This document shows, one piece after another, positions 1 through 8,034 of a DNA stretch of 32,000 nucleotides. The notes below the pieces were generated by a model, which did not search any database, was not told the origin of the DNA, and saw nothing but the letters and a program-made list of their open reading frames with translations. The position numbers and the translations under genes were made by a program. Positions within the stretch are counted from its first letter, which is position 1. The number at the start of each line of letters is the position of its first letter. The stretch lies in contig NC_009483.1 of NCBI RefSeq assembly GCF_000016745.1, positions 2,160,001 to 2,192,000 of the forward strand, in the 5' to 3' direction. The DNA comes from Geotalea uraniireducens Rf4 (GTDB lineage Bacteria > Desulfobacterota > Desulfuromonadia > Geobacterales > Geobacteraceae).

Positions 1-21
1 GCTGAAAAGAGGGGAAGAACA

Positions 22-2439
22 GTGGGCCGTAATGTAATGAATCTGGCATCAATACCAATAGAACATATAAATACACGCGATCATTTCGTGGCACATTGGG
101 CGCTTGACCGCATAAAGAATATCAAGGAGCGCGGGGAGAGCGGTGCGGATGCGATAGCACGCGTCCTATTCCCTGAACTGACGGTGCGCTCCTTGCTCGC
201 GACGTTCGATGACGACATCCTGATGGTGAGGCTCATCAGGGATTTGCCGGAAGACCTCGTCGTTCCCCATCTCCACTGCCTCGCGGATAACTGGGTCGAG
301 CTCCCGAGCCTGTGCGCCTTCCCGTCGGCGGAGCTGCTGGTGAGACATTTGCCCGGTCGCGCCGTGGACCTGTTCGTTGCCTATCTCCATGGCGACACAA
401 GAATTTCCGACAGAATGTACGCGATTCTCGCCACCGCCATCGATCTGCCGGAGCCGCACCGCAGTGGTGTCGCGGAGGCGGTCATGGAGCTTGCCTTCAG
501 GAACGGCAAAACGCCAAGTTTTGACCAGTTAATAACCCTTCCGGTCTACAGGCTTGCCTGGAGCGTCGATCATCCCCGGTGTCCCGAGCTCCTCTCAGTC
601 ATCGCCAAGGCCCTCCCCTACGGAGAAACCCGGGACATTGACCGTGCGATTCTCGAACTTTCCGAGATATTCACCGGGGAATTTGCCCCGTGCGACCTTA
701 TGACCGACCGCTTTGAAGGGTATTCCGTCCCTGTGTTCTCCGAGCTTGCCGCTTTTCTGCCGGACGCTTCCTTTGCCGCCGACTTGGACAGGGTGGTCGA
801 TTCACTCGGCAACCTGGAGCACCTGTCGGCCCTGGAGTTCTTCGACCGCCGCAAGAGCGACCTCCCCGAACGTGCCGTGAGCGCGCTGGAATTTCTGGGG
901 GAAGAGTGGAGCGGCATTCCCGATCTGGATAACCATGACAACACCGCTGCCCTGTTCTCCTTCTTTCCGGCCTGCATTGCCGCGGCTCACTGGATTGCCG
1001 AGCCCTGGGCGCCTGCCGGCGGTCCTGACGCCGCGCTGGCCTATCTGACCGTCGATCTGCCGGATATCGAGCTGCCCGATGGAATCGTGGAGATGTTCGC
1101 CGCGCTTCCCCGCGAAGATGCGACGTCACGACTGATAGAATCATTTGAAAAATATCATGACCGCTATGGGGCCTTGCGGATTGTGGAGCTGATGGGGTTC
1201 TTGGGTTACCGTGAATTCGTGCCGGTTCTCTTGAAGCATCTGGGATCCGATTTCGACAGGCTGAGCGAGACGATAACGGCCGTACTGATCCGCTACGGCG
1301 AGACCGTTGCCGGGGATATCATCGACGCACTGGAAAAGGGGCCGGAAGGAAGCTTTCACTACCTTGTGGGCGCACTGGAGCGCATCGGCGGCCAAAGTGT
1401 TGGAGCTTACCTGGACGCCCACTTCGACGAACTGGTGAAAGAGGACAAGGAAACGGCGATGAACCTGGTTGAATCGGTTGCCGACCCCCGTTTCATGGAA
1501 CGTCTCAAGCCATTGACCGGCAAGGGGCAGGAGCTCGTGGATTCCGCTTATCTTACCCTTGCCAAGCTCCACGGCACGAGTTCCGACGAACTGTCGGCCC
1601 TGGAGGCGTTATACAATGAACAGCAGCGGGAAAAGGCCCGGCGGCGGGAACAGTTTGATGCGGGGGAGCTTGCCGCGTCTGTTCCCGCCATGCTGCACAT
1701 GGAGATGGCTTGCCGGGCCTGCGGCGATATCGCCCGTTACGATGTCGGATCGGTGTACATTACCGAGTCATCGCACAAACCGTTTGTCGCCGATGAACTG
1801 CGCTGTATCGCCTGCGGCGCGGAAGATACCCTCGATCCGACAAATCTCGGCGCATTTTGCATTACTGCCGAATTGATGCGGATTACATGTATCCAGGACA
1901 AGAGGGAGGCGAGGGAAGCCCTTGACCGTTCACCCCTCAATCTTCTGCCAAAATTGTCAGTTATGGGAAGAGAGATGGGGCTTCAGGAGGGGATCGACCT
2001 CTACCGTGAGCAGATCCGGGAGGAGCCGGGCAAAGGCGAGCATCATATCGGCCTGGGGAACATCTACCGCGCGGTGAAGAGATTCGACGGGGCGCGCCTC
2101 TGTTACGAAGCCGCGGTCGGGCTGAATCCGATGCTGATCGAGGGGTGGTACGGCCTGTCGTACCTGGCGGGACGGGACGAAGACGCCAGAAGGGGGTTTC
2201 TAGCGCTCCAGAAAGGGGTGGACCAGCTTCCGGACATCGTCTGGTGTCATCTGAACCATTCCGAGCGGCGTTCCTTTGTCAGCAACTATGTCGGTGACTA
2301 TAACGATCTCAAGAGATTTCTGAACCTCCCCGGTCCCTTCATACACCATGGCATGTTCGGCGCCACACAGAAGATCGGGCGCAATGATCCCTGTCCTTGC
2401 GGAAGCGGCGCGAAATACAAGAAGTGCTGCGGGAAGTGA
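22..2439 (+). CDS. Large multidomain protein of unknown function: HEAT-like repeats, internal CxxC/CxxC zinc ribbon, TPR repeats and a C-terminal SEC-C metal-binding motif
   Basis: 805-aa ORF with a GTG start at 22, 7 nt after GAGGGG (9-14). The C-terminus GRNDPCPCGSGAKYKKCCGK matches the SecA-type SEC-C motif. CRACGD...CIACGAED forms a zinc-ribbon-like pair. A HEAT-like segment reads ALRIVELMGFLGYREFVPVLLKHLGSD...AVLIRYGETVAGDIIDALEKG. A TPR-like segment reads IGLGNIYRAVKRFDGARLCYEAAVGLNP. Confidence 0.8.
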   Translation: MGRNVMNLASIPIEHINTRDHFVAHWALDRIKNIKERGESGADAIARVLFPELTVRSLLATFDDDILMVRLIRDLPEDLVVPHLHCLADNWVELPSLCAFPSAELLVRHLPGRAVDLFVAYLHGDTRISDRMYAILATAIDLPEPHRSGVAEAVMELAFRNGKTPSFDQLITLPVYRLAWSVDHPRCPELLSVIAKALPYGETRDIDRAILELSEIFTGEFAPCDLMTDRFEGYSVPVFSELAAFLPDASFAADLDRVVDSLGNLEHLSALEFFDRRKSDLPERAVSALEFLGEEWSGIPDLDNHDNTAALFSFFPACIAAAHWIAEPWAPAGGPDAALAYLTVDLPDIELPDGIVEMFAALPREDATSRLIESFEKYHDRYGALRIVELMGFLGYREFVPVLLKHLGSDFDRLSETITAVLIRYGETVAGDIIDALEKGPEGSFHYLVGALERIGGQSVGAYLDAHFDELVKEDKETAMNLVESVADPRFMERLKPLTGKGQELVDSAYLTLAKLHGTSSDELSALEALYNEQQREKARRREQFDAGELAASVPAMLHMEMACRACGDIARYDVGSVYITESSHKPFVADELRCIACGAEDTLDPTNLGAFCITAELMRITCIQDKREAREALDRSPLNLLPKLSVMGREMGLQEGIDLYREQIREEPGKGEHHIGLGNIYRAVKRFDGARLCYEAAVGLNPMLIEGWYGLSYLAGRDEDARRGFLALQKGVDQLPDIVWCHLNHSERRSFVSNYVGDYNDLKRFLNLPGPFIHHGMFGATQKIGRNDPCPCGSGAKYKKCCGK

Positions 2440-2555
2440 TTCGGGACGGAGGGGCGAACCTCGTGTTCGTCCGATTGAAAGATATATCCAAACATCCCGG
2501 CGACTGAGCAAAATTATGACGGAAACAAACCAAGCAGTTTAAGGAGAAAGTAGTA

Positions 2556-5500
2556 ATGCCAAAACGTACCGACATCAAGAAGATCCTCATCATCGGCGCA
2601 GGTCCCATCGTCATCGGCCAGGCGTGCGAGTTCGACTATTCCGGCACCCAGGCGTGCAAGGCGCTCAAGGAGGAAGGTTTCCAGGTGGTGCTCTTGAACA
2701 GCAACCCGGCCACCATCATGACCGACCCGGACTTTGCCGACCGCACCTACATCGAGCCGGTCACCCCGGAGATCCTCGCCATGATTATCGAAAAAGAGCG
2801 CCCCGATGCGGTCCTGCCTACCCTTGGCGGCCAGACTGCCCTCAATACGGCTGTGGCGGTGGCCGAGAGCGGGGTGCTTGAAAAATACGGCGTGGAACTC
2901 ATCGGCGCCAAGCTCCCGGCCATCAAGATGGCCGAGGATCGGACCCTGTTCAAGGAGGCGATGCAGCGGATCAACCTTACGGTGCCACGTTCCGGCTTGG
3001 CCCATAATCATGCCGAAGCAATGGAAATCATCAAGGAGATCGGCTTTCCCGCCATCATCCGCCCATCCTTTACCCTCGGCGGCACCGGCGGCGGCATCGC
3101 CTACAACATGGAAGAATACGAAAAGATGTCCGTGGCCGGTATCGAGGCTTCGCCCACCAGCGAGATTCTCATTGAGGAGTCGGTCATCGGCTGGAAGGAG
3201 TATGAGCTCGAGGTGATGCGCGACACCGCGGACAACGTGGTGATCATCTGCTCCATCGAGAACTTCGACCCGATGGGTGTGCACACCGGCGATTCCATTA
3301 CCGTCGCGCCGGCCCAGACCCTGACCGACAAGGAATATCAGATTCTTCGCGATGCTTCGCTGAAGATCATCCGCGAGATCGGTGTCGATACCGGCGGCTC
3401 CAACATCCAGTTCGGCATCAACCCCCGGGACGGCCGCCTCGTGGTGATCGAGATGAACCCGCGGGTCTCCCGCAGTTCTGCCCTTGCCTCCAAGGCGACC
3501 GGCTTCCCCATCGCCAAGATTGCAGCAAAGCTGGCAGTCGGCTATACACTCGACGAGATCACCAACGACATTACCCGGGAGACCCCGGCCTGCTTCGAGC
3601 CGACCATCGACTACGTGGTGACCAAGGTACCACGCTTCACCTTCGAGAAATTCCCTGCCGCCGACGCCACCCTTACCACCCAGATGAAGTCGGTGGGGGA
3701 GGTTATGGCCATCGGCCGTACCTTCAAGGAATCTCTGCAGAAGGCGATTCGCTCCCTGGAGATCGGAAGCTCGGGCTTCGAGTCGCGGCTTTTCGACTCA
3801 AAAGCCGAAACGCGGCGGGCATTGACCGGCAAGGAACAGCAACTGCTCATGGAAAAGCTGCGCACCCCCAATTGGGAGCGGCTCTGGTACCTGGGAGACG
3901 CCTTCCGCAGCGGCATGACCGTGGAGGAGATCTTTGCGGTAACCGCATTTGATCCATGGTTCCTCCACAACATCAAGCAGATCATCGACAAAGAGGATGA
4001 GCTGAAGCAGGTCAATGTTGAAGAAGAGGCAAACGACAATCTGAAGGAGGTCATCAGGGAGGCAAAGCAGTACGGCTTCTCCGACAAGCATCTCGGCAAC
4101 CTGTGGGGTAAAACCGAGGACGAGGTTCGGCAGCTTCGCCTGTCGTTGGGGATCAAGCCGGTCTTCAAGCGCGTGGATACCTGTGCCGCCGAGTTCGTTG
4201 CCTACACCCCCTACCTCTATTCCACCTACGAAGAGGAGTGCGAGGCTGAACCCACCGACCGGAAAAAGATCATGATCCTCGGCGGCGGACCGAACCGCAT
4301 CGGCCAGGGGATAGAGTTTGACTACTGCTGTGTTCACGGGGTTTTTGCCCTGGCTGAAGACGGCTATGAAACCATCATGGTCAACTGTAATCCTGAGACG
4401 GTTTCCACTGACTACGATACGTCAGATCGCCTCTACTTCGAACCACTTACCTATGAGGATGTTCTCAACATCGTAGAGCTGGAAAAGCCTGAAGGGGTGA
4501 TCGTCCAGTTCGGTGGCCAGACGCCGCTAAAATTGGCAGTGTCCCTGGAAAAGGCCGGCGTTCCCATAATCGGCACCTCACCCGACGCCATCGACCGGGC
4601 AGAGGACCGGGAGCGGTTTCAGGAAATGCTCCATAAGTTAGGACTCCGTCAGCCCGAGAACGGCACGGCCCGTTCTTTCGAGGAGGCGGAAAAGGTGGCT
4701 GACCGCATCGGCTATCCGGTTGTGGTCCGCCCCTCCTACGTCCTCGGCGGCCGCGCCATGGAGATTGTCTATGATGTGGACAATCTGCGCCGTTACATGC
4801 ATACCGCAGTCCAGGCTTCACCCGAGCACCCGATCCTGATCGACAAATTCCTCGACGAGGCGATTGAAATCGATGTGGACGCCCTCTGTGACGGCACGGA
4901 GGCGGTAATCGGCGGCATCATGGAACATATTGAGGAGGCCGGCATCCATTCCGGCGATTCCGCCTGTTCCCTTCCTCCTTATTCCATTTCCCGGGAGATT
5001 GCCGACGAGATCAGGCGTCAGACCAAAATGATGGCGCTTGAACTGAACGTCAGGGGGCTGATGAATGTTCAGTATGCCATCAAGGATGATGTGATCTACA
5101 TACTCGAGGTGAATCCGCGCGCTTCCCGTACCGCTCCTTTTGTCTCGAAAGCGACCGGCAGGCCGCTCGCCAAGCTGGCGGCCCGGATCATGAGCGGCAA
5201 AACGCTGCGGGAGCTGGGAATTACCGAGGAAATCGAGCCGACCCATATTTCGGTCAAGGAAGCGGTGTTTCCCTTTGTCAAATTTCCCGGCGTCGACACC
5301 ATCCTCGGCCCGGAGATGAAATCCACCGGCGAGGTAATGGGCATCGACGATAATTTCGCCAAGGCGTTTGCCAAGGCCCAGCTGGGGGCGGGAGTCAAAC
5401 TTCCCACCAGCGGTAAAGTGTTTATAAGTGTGCGCGATGCCGATAAAAAACATATTGTCAGCGCAGCAAAAAAACTGTATGATAACGGCTTTGAATTGGT

Positions 5501-5804
5501 TGCCACCCGCGGAACCGCTGCCTATCTACAGGAAAAGGGAATACCTGTCCTGGTTGTGAACAAGGTGCTGGAAGGGCGTCCGCACATCGTTGATTCCATC
5601 AAGAACAATGAAATCTGCATGGTAATCAATACTACCCAGGGGGCCCAGGCGGTGGCGGATTCATTTTCCATCCGCCGGAACGCATTGGTGAGCAACATCG
5701 CCTATTACACCACTGCTTCCGGAGCAAGGGCGGTTGTTGACGGTATCATAGCCATGCGCCAGGAAGAGCTTTCAGTGAAGCCGATTCAGGATTATCTGAA
5801 ATGA
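2556..5804 (+). CDS. carB: Carbamoyl-phosphate synthase large subunit
   Basis: 1082 aa with AAGGAG upstream of the ATG. It has duplicated ATP-grasp halves ([26 protein letters not shown] and [25 protein letters not shown]) and [24 protein letters not shown] / [24 protein letters not shown] motifs. An MGS-like C-terminal domain is present. Confidence 0.98.
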   Translation: MPKRTDIKKILIIGAGPIVIGQACEFDYSGTQACKALKEEGFQVVLLNSNPATIMTDPDFADRTYIEPVTPEILAMIIEKERPDAVLPTLGGQTALNTAVAVAESGVLEKYGVELIGAKLPAIKMAEDRTLFKEAMQRINLTVPRSGLAHNHAEAMEIIKEIGFPAIIRPSFTLGGTGGGIAYNMEEYEKMSVAGIEASPTSEILIEESVIGWKEYELEVMRDTADNVVIICSIENFDPMGVHTGDSITVAPAQTLTDKEYQILRDASLKIIREIGVDTGGSNIQFGINPRDGRLVVIEMNPRVSRSSALASKATGFPIAKIAAKLAVGYTLDEITNDITRETPACFEPTIDYVVTKVPRFTFEKFPAADATLTTQMKSVGEVMAIGRTFKESLQKAIRSLEIGSSGFESRLFDSKAETRRALTGKEQQLLMEKLRTPNWERLWYLGDAFRSGMTVEEIFAVTAFDPWFLHNIKQIIDKEDELKQVNVEEEANDNLKEVIREAKQYGFSDKHLGNLWGKTEDEVRQLRLSLGIKPVFKRVDTCAAEFVAYTPYLYSTYEEECEAEPTDRKKIMILGGGPNRIGQGIEFDYCCVHGVFALAEDGYETIMVNCNPETVSTDYDTSDRLYFEPLTYEDVLNIVELEKPEGVIVQFGGQTPLKLAVSLEKAGVPIIGTSPDAIDRAEDRERFQEMLHKLGLRQPENGTARSFEEAEKVADRIGYPVVVRPSYVLGGRAMEIVYDVDNLRRYMHTAVQASPEHPILIDKFLDEAIEIDVDALCDGTEAVIGGIMEHIEEAGIHSGDSACSLPPYSISREIADEIRRQTKMMALELNVRGLMNVQYAIKDDVIYILEVNPRASRTAPFVSKATGRPLAKLAARIMSGKTLRELGITEEIEPTHISVKEAVFPFVKFPGVDTILGPEMKSTGEVMGIDDNFAKAFAKAQLGAGVKLPTSGKVFISVRDADKKHIVSAAKKLYDNGFELVATRGTAAYLQEKGIPVLVVNKVLEGRPHIVDSIKNNEICMVINTTQGAQAVADSFSIRRNALVSNIAYYTTASGARAVVDGIIAMRQEELSVKPIQDYLK

Positions 5805-5915
5805 AACGATGAAGCGTATGCATCAAGTGCTTCATGTTGTACGAAATCTGTTTGAAATTTCAATGGGGCGGCCGGTTCGGCTGCCCTGTAAAGTTCTTAG
5901 AGGGGTAATAAAAAG

Positions 5916-6392
5916 ATGTCTCAGTCTGTACCATTGACCAAAGAAAGTTACGAGTTTCTCCAGGAGGATTTAAAACGCCTCATAAAGGAAGAACGGCCAA
6001 AGGTGATTCAGGATATTGCGGAAGCCAGATCCCACGGCGATCTTTCCGAGAATGCCGAATACGATGCGGCCAAACATCGACAGGGATTTATCGAGGGGCG
6101 GATCCAGGAGTTGTCCGATAAACTTGCCCGCGCCTATGTGGTGGACCTTTCCAACCTCAAGCCCGACAAAGTCGTTTTCGGGGCTACGGTCACCGTCTAC
6201 GACACTGCAACCGAGGAAGAGGTCACCTATAAGATCGTGGGCGAAGACGAGGCGGATATCAAAATCGGCAAGATGTCCTGCACTTCGCCGGTCGGCAAGG
6301 CGCTCATCGGCCATAAGCTGGACGACACGGTCAAGGTGAGTGTTCCTTCGGGCATGAAGGAATACGAGATAATTGACATCAAATACGAGTGA
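5916..6392 (+). CDS. greA: Transcription elongation factor GreA
   Basis: 158 aa with GAGGGG upstream. The coiled-coil N-terminus carries the acidic tip (HGDLSENAEYDAAK). The C-terminal globular domain reads SPVGKALIGHKLDDTVKVSVPSG. Confidence 0.97.
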   Translation: MSQSVPLTKESYEFLQEDLKRLIKEERPKVIQDIAEARSHGDLSENAEYDAAKHRQGFIEGRIQELSDKLARAYVVDLSNLKPDKVVFGATVTVYDTATEEEVTYKIVGEDEADIKIGKMSCTSPVGKALIGHKLDDTVKVSVPSGMKEYEIIDIKYE

Positions 6393-6485
6393 AAAACAGT
6401 GAGTAGTAAACAGTAAGCGGTGACAATGCATCACACCCGGTTTACTTCTTACTTTTTACTGAATTTAACAAAGAGAGGAACGACA

Positions 6486-6683
6486 ATGAGTCAACAGGTA
6501 ACAAAGGATATGACGTTTGCGCAGGTCATGCGGATGCACCAGGATGCGGTCAAGGTGCTGGCCAAATACAATCTGGGATGCGTTGGCTGCATGGGGGCCC
6601 AGAATGAGTCTTTGGAGCAGGGGTGCGGCGCCCATGGCCTCAATGTGGACGATGTGGTAAGAGACCTGAACGCGCTTTTCTAA
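6486..6683 (+). CDS. DUF1858 / hybrid-cluster-protein-associated redox disulfide family small protein
   Basis: The ATG at 6486 is preceded by AGAGAGGA. The 65-aa sequence MSQQVTKDMTFAQVMRMHQDAVKVLAKYNLGCVGCMGAQNESLEQGCGAHGLNVDDVVRDLN has the typical length and CxGC motif of this family. The upstream part of the ORF-track entry (6420-6485) has no RBS. Confidence 0.85.
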   Translation: MSQQVTKDMTFAQVMRMHQDAVKVLAKYNLGCVGCMGAQNESLEQGCGAHGLNVDDVVRDLNALF

Positions 6684-6711
6684 GTTCAGGAGAAAAACGG
6701 CAGGTAAGGGA

Positions 6712-6745
6712 GGGGACAGGTGAAAATCTGTCCCCTTTTTCTTTT
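6712..6745 (+). terminator. Rho-independent terminator after the DUF1858 gene
   Basis: GGGGACAG (6712-6719) pairs perfectly with CTGTCCCC (6728-6735) around an 8-nt loop. The stem is followed by TTTTTCTTTT. Confidence 0.7.
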
Positions 6746-6774
6746 GGAGATTCTCTGAGCTCTGAAATTTTCAC

Positions 6775-6814
6775 TTGCCATCATAATACTCCAAATATAT
6801 ACTTCAAATATATA
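6775..6814 (+). promoter_or_regulatory. Candidate sigma70 promoter of vapBC with an overlapping direct-repeat operator
   Basis: TTGCCA (6775-6780), a 17-nt spacer, then TATACT (6798-6803). CAAATATATA occurs twice (6792-6801 and 6805-6814, 13-bp period), overlapping and following the -10. This fits the geometry expected for VapB/VapBC autorepression. Supported by motifs only. Confidence 0.4.
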
Positions 6815-6832
6815 TTGCCGCGGAGGCTGATC

Positions 6833-7060
6833 ATGAAAACAGCAAAGATATTTCAAAATGGACAAAGTCAGGCTGTCAGGCTTCCAAAAGAGTTTCGCTT
6901 CGACGACAGCGAAGTCTTCATTAAAAAGACAGGCAACGTCGTACAGTTGATTCCCCGTAGCGATTCGTGGAATTCACTATTTGGCAGCCTCAAAAAGTTT
7001 TCCCGCGATTTCATGGTTGAACGCGTACAGCCCGAACTGGACAAGCGGGAGAGTTTGTGA
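6833..7060 (+). CDS. vapB: VapB-type antitoxin (AbrB/MazE/SpoVT swapped-hairpin fold)
   Basis: The ATG at 6833 is preceded by GGAGG (6823-6827). The 75-aa sequence MKTAKIFQNGQSQAVRLPKEFRFDDSEVFIKKTGNVVQLIP is a typical VapB/VagC N-terminus. Its stop overlaps the vapC start (GTGATG). Confidence 0.9.
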   Translation: MKTAKIFQNGQSQAVRLPKEFRFDDSEVFIKKTGNVVQLIPRSDSWNSLFGSLKKFSRDFMVERVQPELDKRESL

Positions 7061-7461
7061 TGAAACTGTTGCTCGATACCAATATCTGCATTTACATTAT
7101 CAAGCAACAGCCAGCAACCGTGCTCAATCGTTTTCTTGAATATCAGGTTGGCGACATAGGCATTACTTCTATTACCCTTTCAGAATTGCGCTATGGAGTT
7201 GCCAAGAGCACACATCGCGAAAAAAATGCCAAAGCCCTTGATGAGTTTATTATCCCTTTAGAAGTAGTCTCTTTCGATGAAGAGGCGGCTCATGTTTACG
7301 GTGACATTCGAGCAACTCTGGAAAAGGCAGGCACACCCATCGGTTCCATGGATATGCTTATTGCTGCTCATGCCGTATCTTTAGGAATTTCCCTGGTAAC
7401 TAACAACACCCGCGAATTCGTACGCATCCCCGCCCTCAATATTATCGATTGGACAGCCTAG
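7060..7461 (+). CDS. vapC: VapC-type PIN-domain ribonuclease toxin
   Basis: MKLLLDTNICIYIIK carries the first PIN acidic residue. LSELRYG, GSMDMLIAAHA and VTNNTREF are also present. The gene is translationally coupled to vapB. A GTG at 7057 is an alternative start. Confidence 0.9.
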   Translation: MKLLLDTNICIYIIKQQPATVLNRFLEYQVGDIGITSITLSELRYGVAKSTHREKNAKALDEFIIPLEVVSFDEEAAHVYGDIRATLEKAGTPIGSMDMLIAAHAVSLGISLVTNNTREFVRIPALNIIDWTA

Positions 7462-7468
7462 TTTTTTT

Positions 7469-7687
7469 CAGCGTTGTCCGGTTTGGTTTTTGCTTACGTC
7501 CCGTAGGGACAGAATACTGGTAGCCGGGGAATTCATTCCCCGGTCATCCAGGCGAAATATCATCACGTCACGTACGTGACGTGGGGAAATATAGCATCTC
7601 ATCCGGGGGATGAATCCCCCGGCTACATTCAAACGCCCCTAATGGGGCTTAACAACCTTGATGCACAAACCAAACCGGACAACGCTG
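7469..7687. mobile_element. MITE-like non-coding element: 21-bp perfect terminal inverted repeats, nested internal hairpins and 9-bp flanking direct repeats
   Basis: CAGCGTTGTCCGGTTTGGTTT (7469-7489) is the exact reverse complement of AAACCAAACCGGACAACGCTG (7667-7687). AGTTTTTTT lies directly outside both ends (7460-7468 and 7688-7696). The interior is an imperfect palindrome and contains no credible CDS. Confidence 0.55.
7564..7583. repeat. Perfect 20-bp palindrome at the centre of the MITE-like element
   Basis: CACGTCACGTACGTGACGTG is its own reverse complement. It lies within about 5 bp of the element midpoint. Confidence 0.9.
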
Positions 7688-7821
7688 AGTTTTTTTCAGC
7701 GGATGAATCAACGCTTACCGGCTTGTCCCATGCAGCGTTCAGGTGTTCCGCCCATAATTGCAATAGATCGCTTCGTCGTCTGAATCATAGTCATCGAATT
7801 CACAATGACGGTAAGAGTTAA

Positions 7822-7990
7822 AACCATTTTCGTGAGATGAGTAATTTGCACTGCCAGGAACTCCCTTGCAGTGCGCATGTCAAGACAACCATGATCTACG
7901 TTTATCTCCTCAACAAGGGGGGCGCAAGGTGCGAAGCTGCTGGACCGGTTCGCCCCTTCATTTTTCCCCTTACGGAATCGGACAGTCGAT
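7822..7990 (+). pseudogene. Fossil C-terminal fragment of an integron-type (IntI-like) tyrosine recombinase
   Basis: The translation ...NLHCQELPCSAHVKTTMIYVYLLNKGGARCEAAGPVRPFIFPLTESD aligns by eye to the IntI1 C-terminus ...[42 protein letters not shown]. An in-frame stop lies at 7819-7821, no upstream recombinase body is present, and conserved residues are substituted. Confidence 0.45.
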
Positions 7991-8034
7991 GCTATAGTAC
8001 CTGCGCCGCGATGTTTGAAGCGGCAGCGACCGCC

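Noticed and set aside
7469-7687. Interpreting the palindromic element as an integron attC site or a tRNA-like gene
   Set aside because: At 219 bp it is longer than typical attC sites. A GCTTAAC (RYYYAAC) string is present at 7647-7653, but no matching GTTRRRY core lies at an appropriate distance. There is no cloverleaf with tRNA D/T-loop consensus.
7576-7821. 81-aa plus-strand ORF starting inside the MITE-like element
   Set aside because: It begins within the central palindrome and has no RBS. Its sequence is dictated by hairpin repeats. Its distal part (SHAAFRCSAHN...) may be further degraded recombinase sequence rather than a gene.
7837-8034. N-terminal 66 codons of the ORF-track recG entry
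   Set aside because: This part translates to the IntI-like fossil and is joined to recG only because no stop intervenes. It has no RBS at 7837 and is not homologous to RecG.
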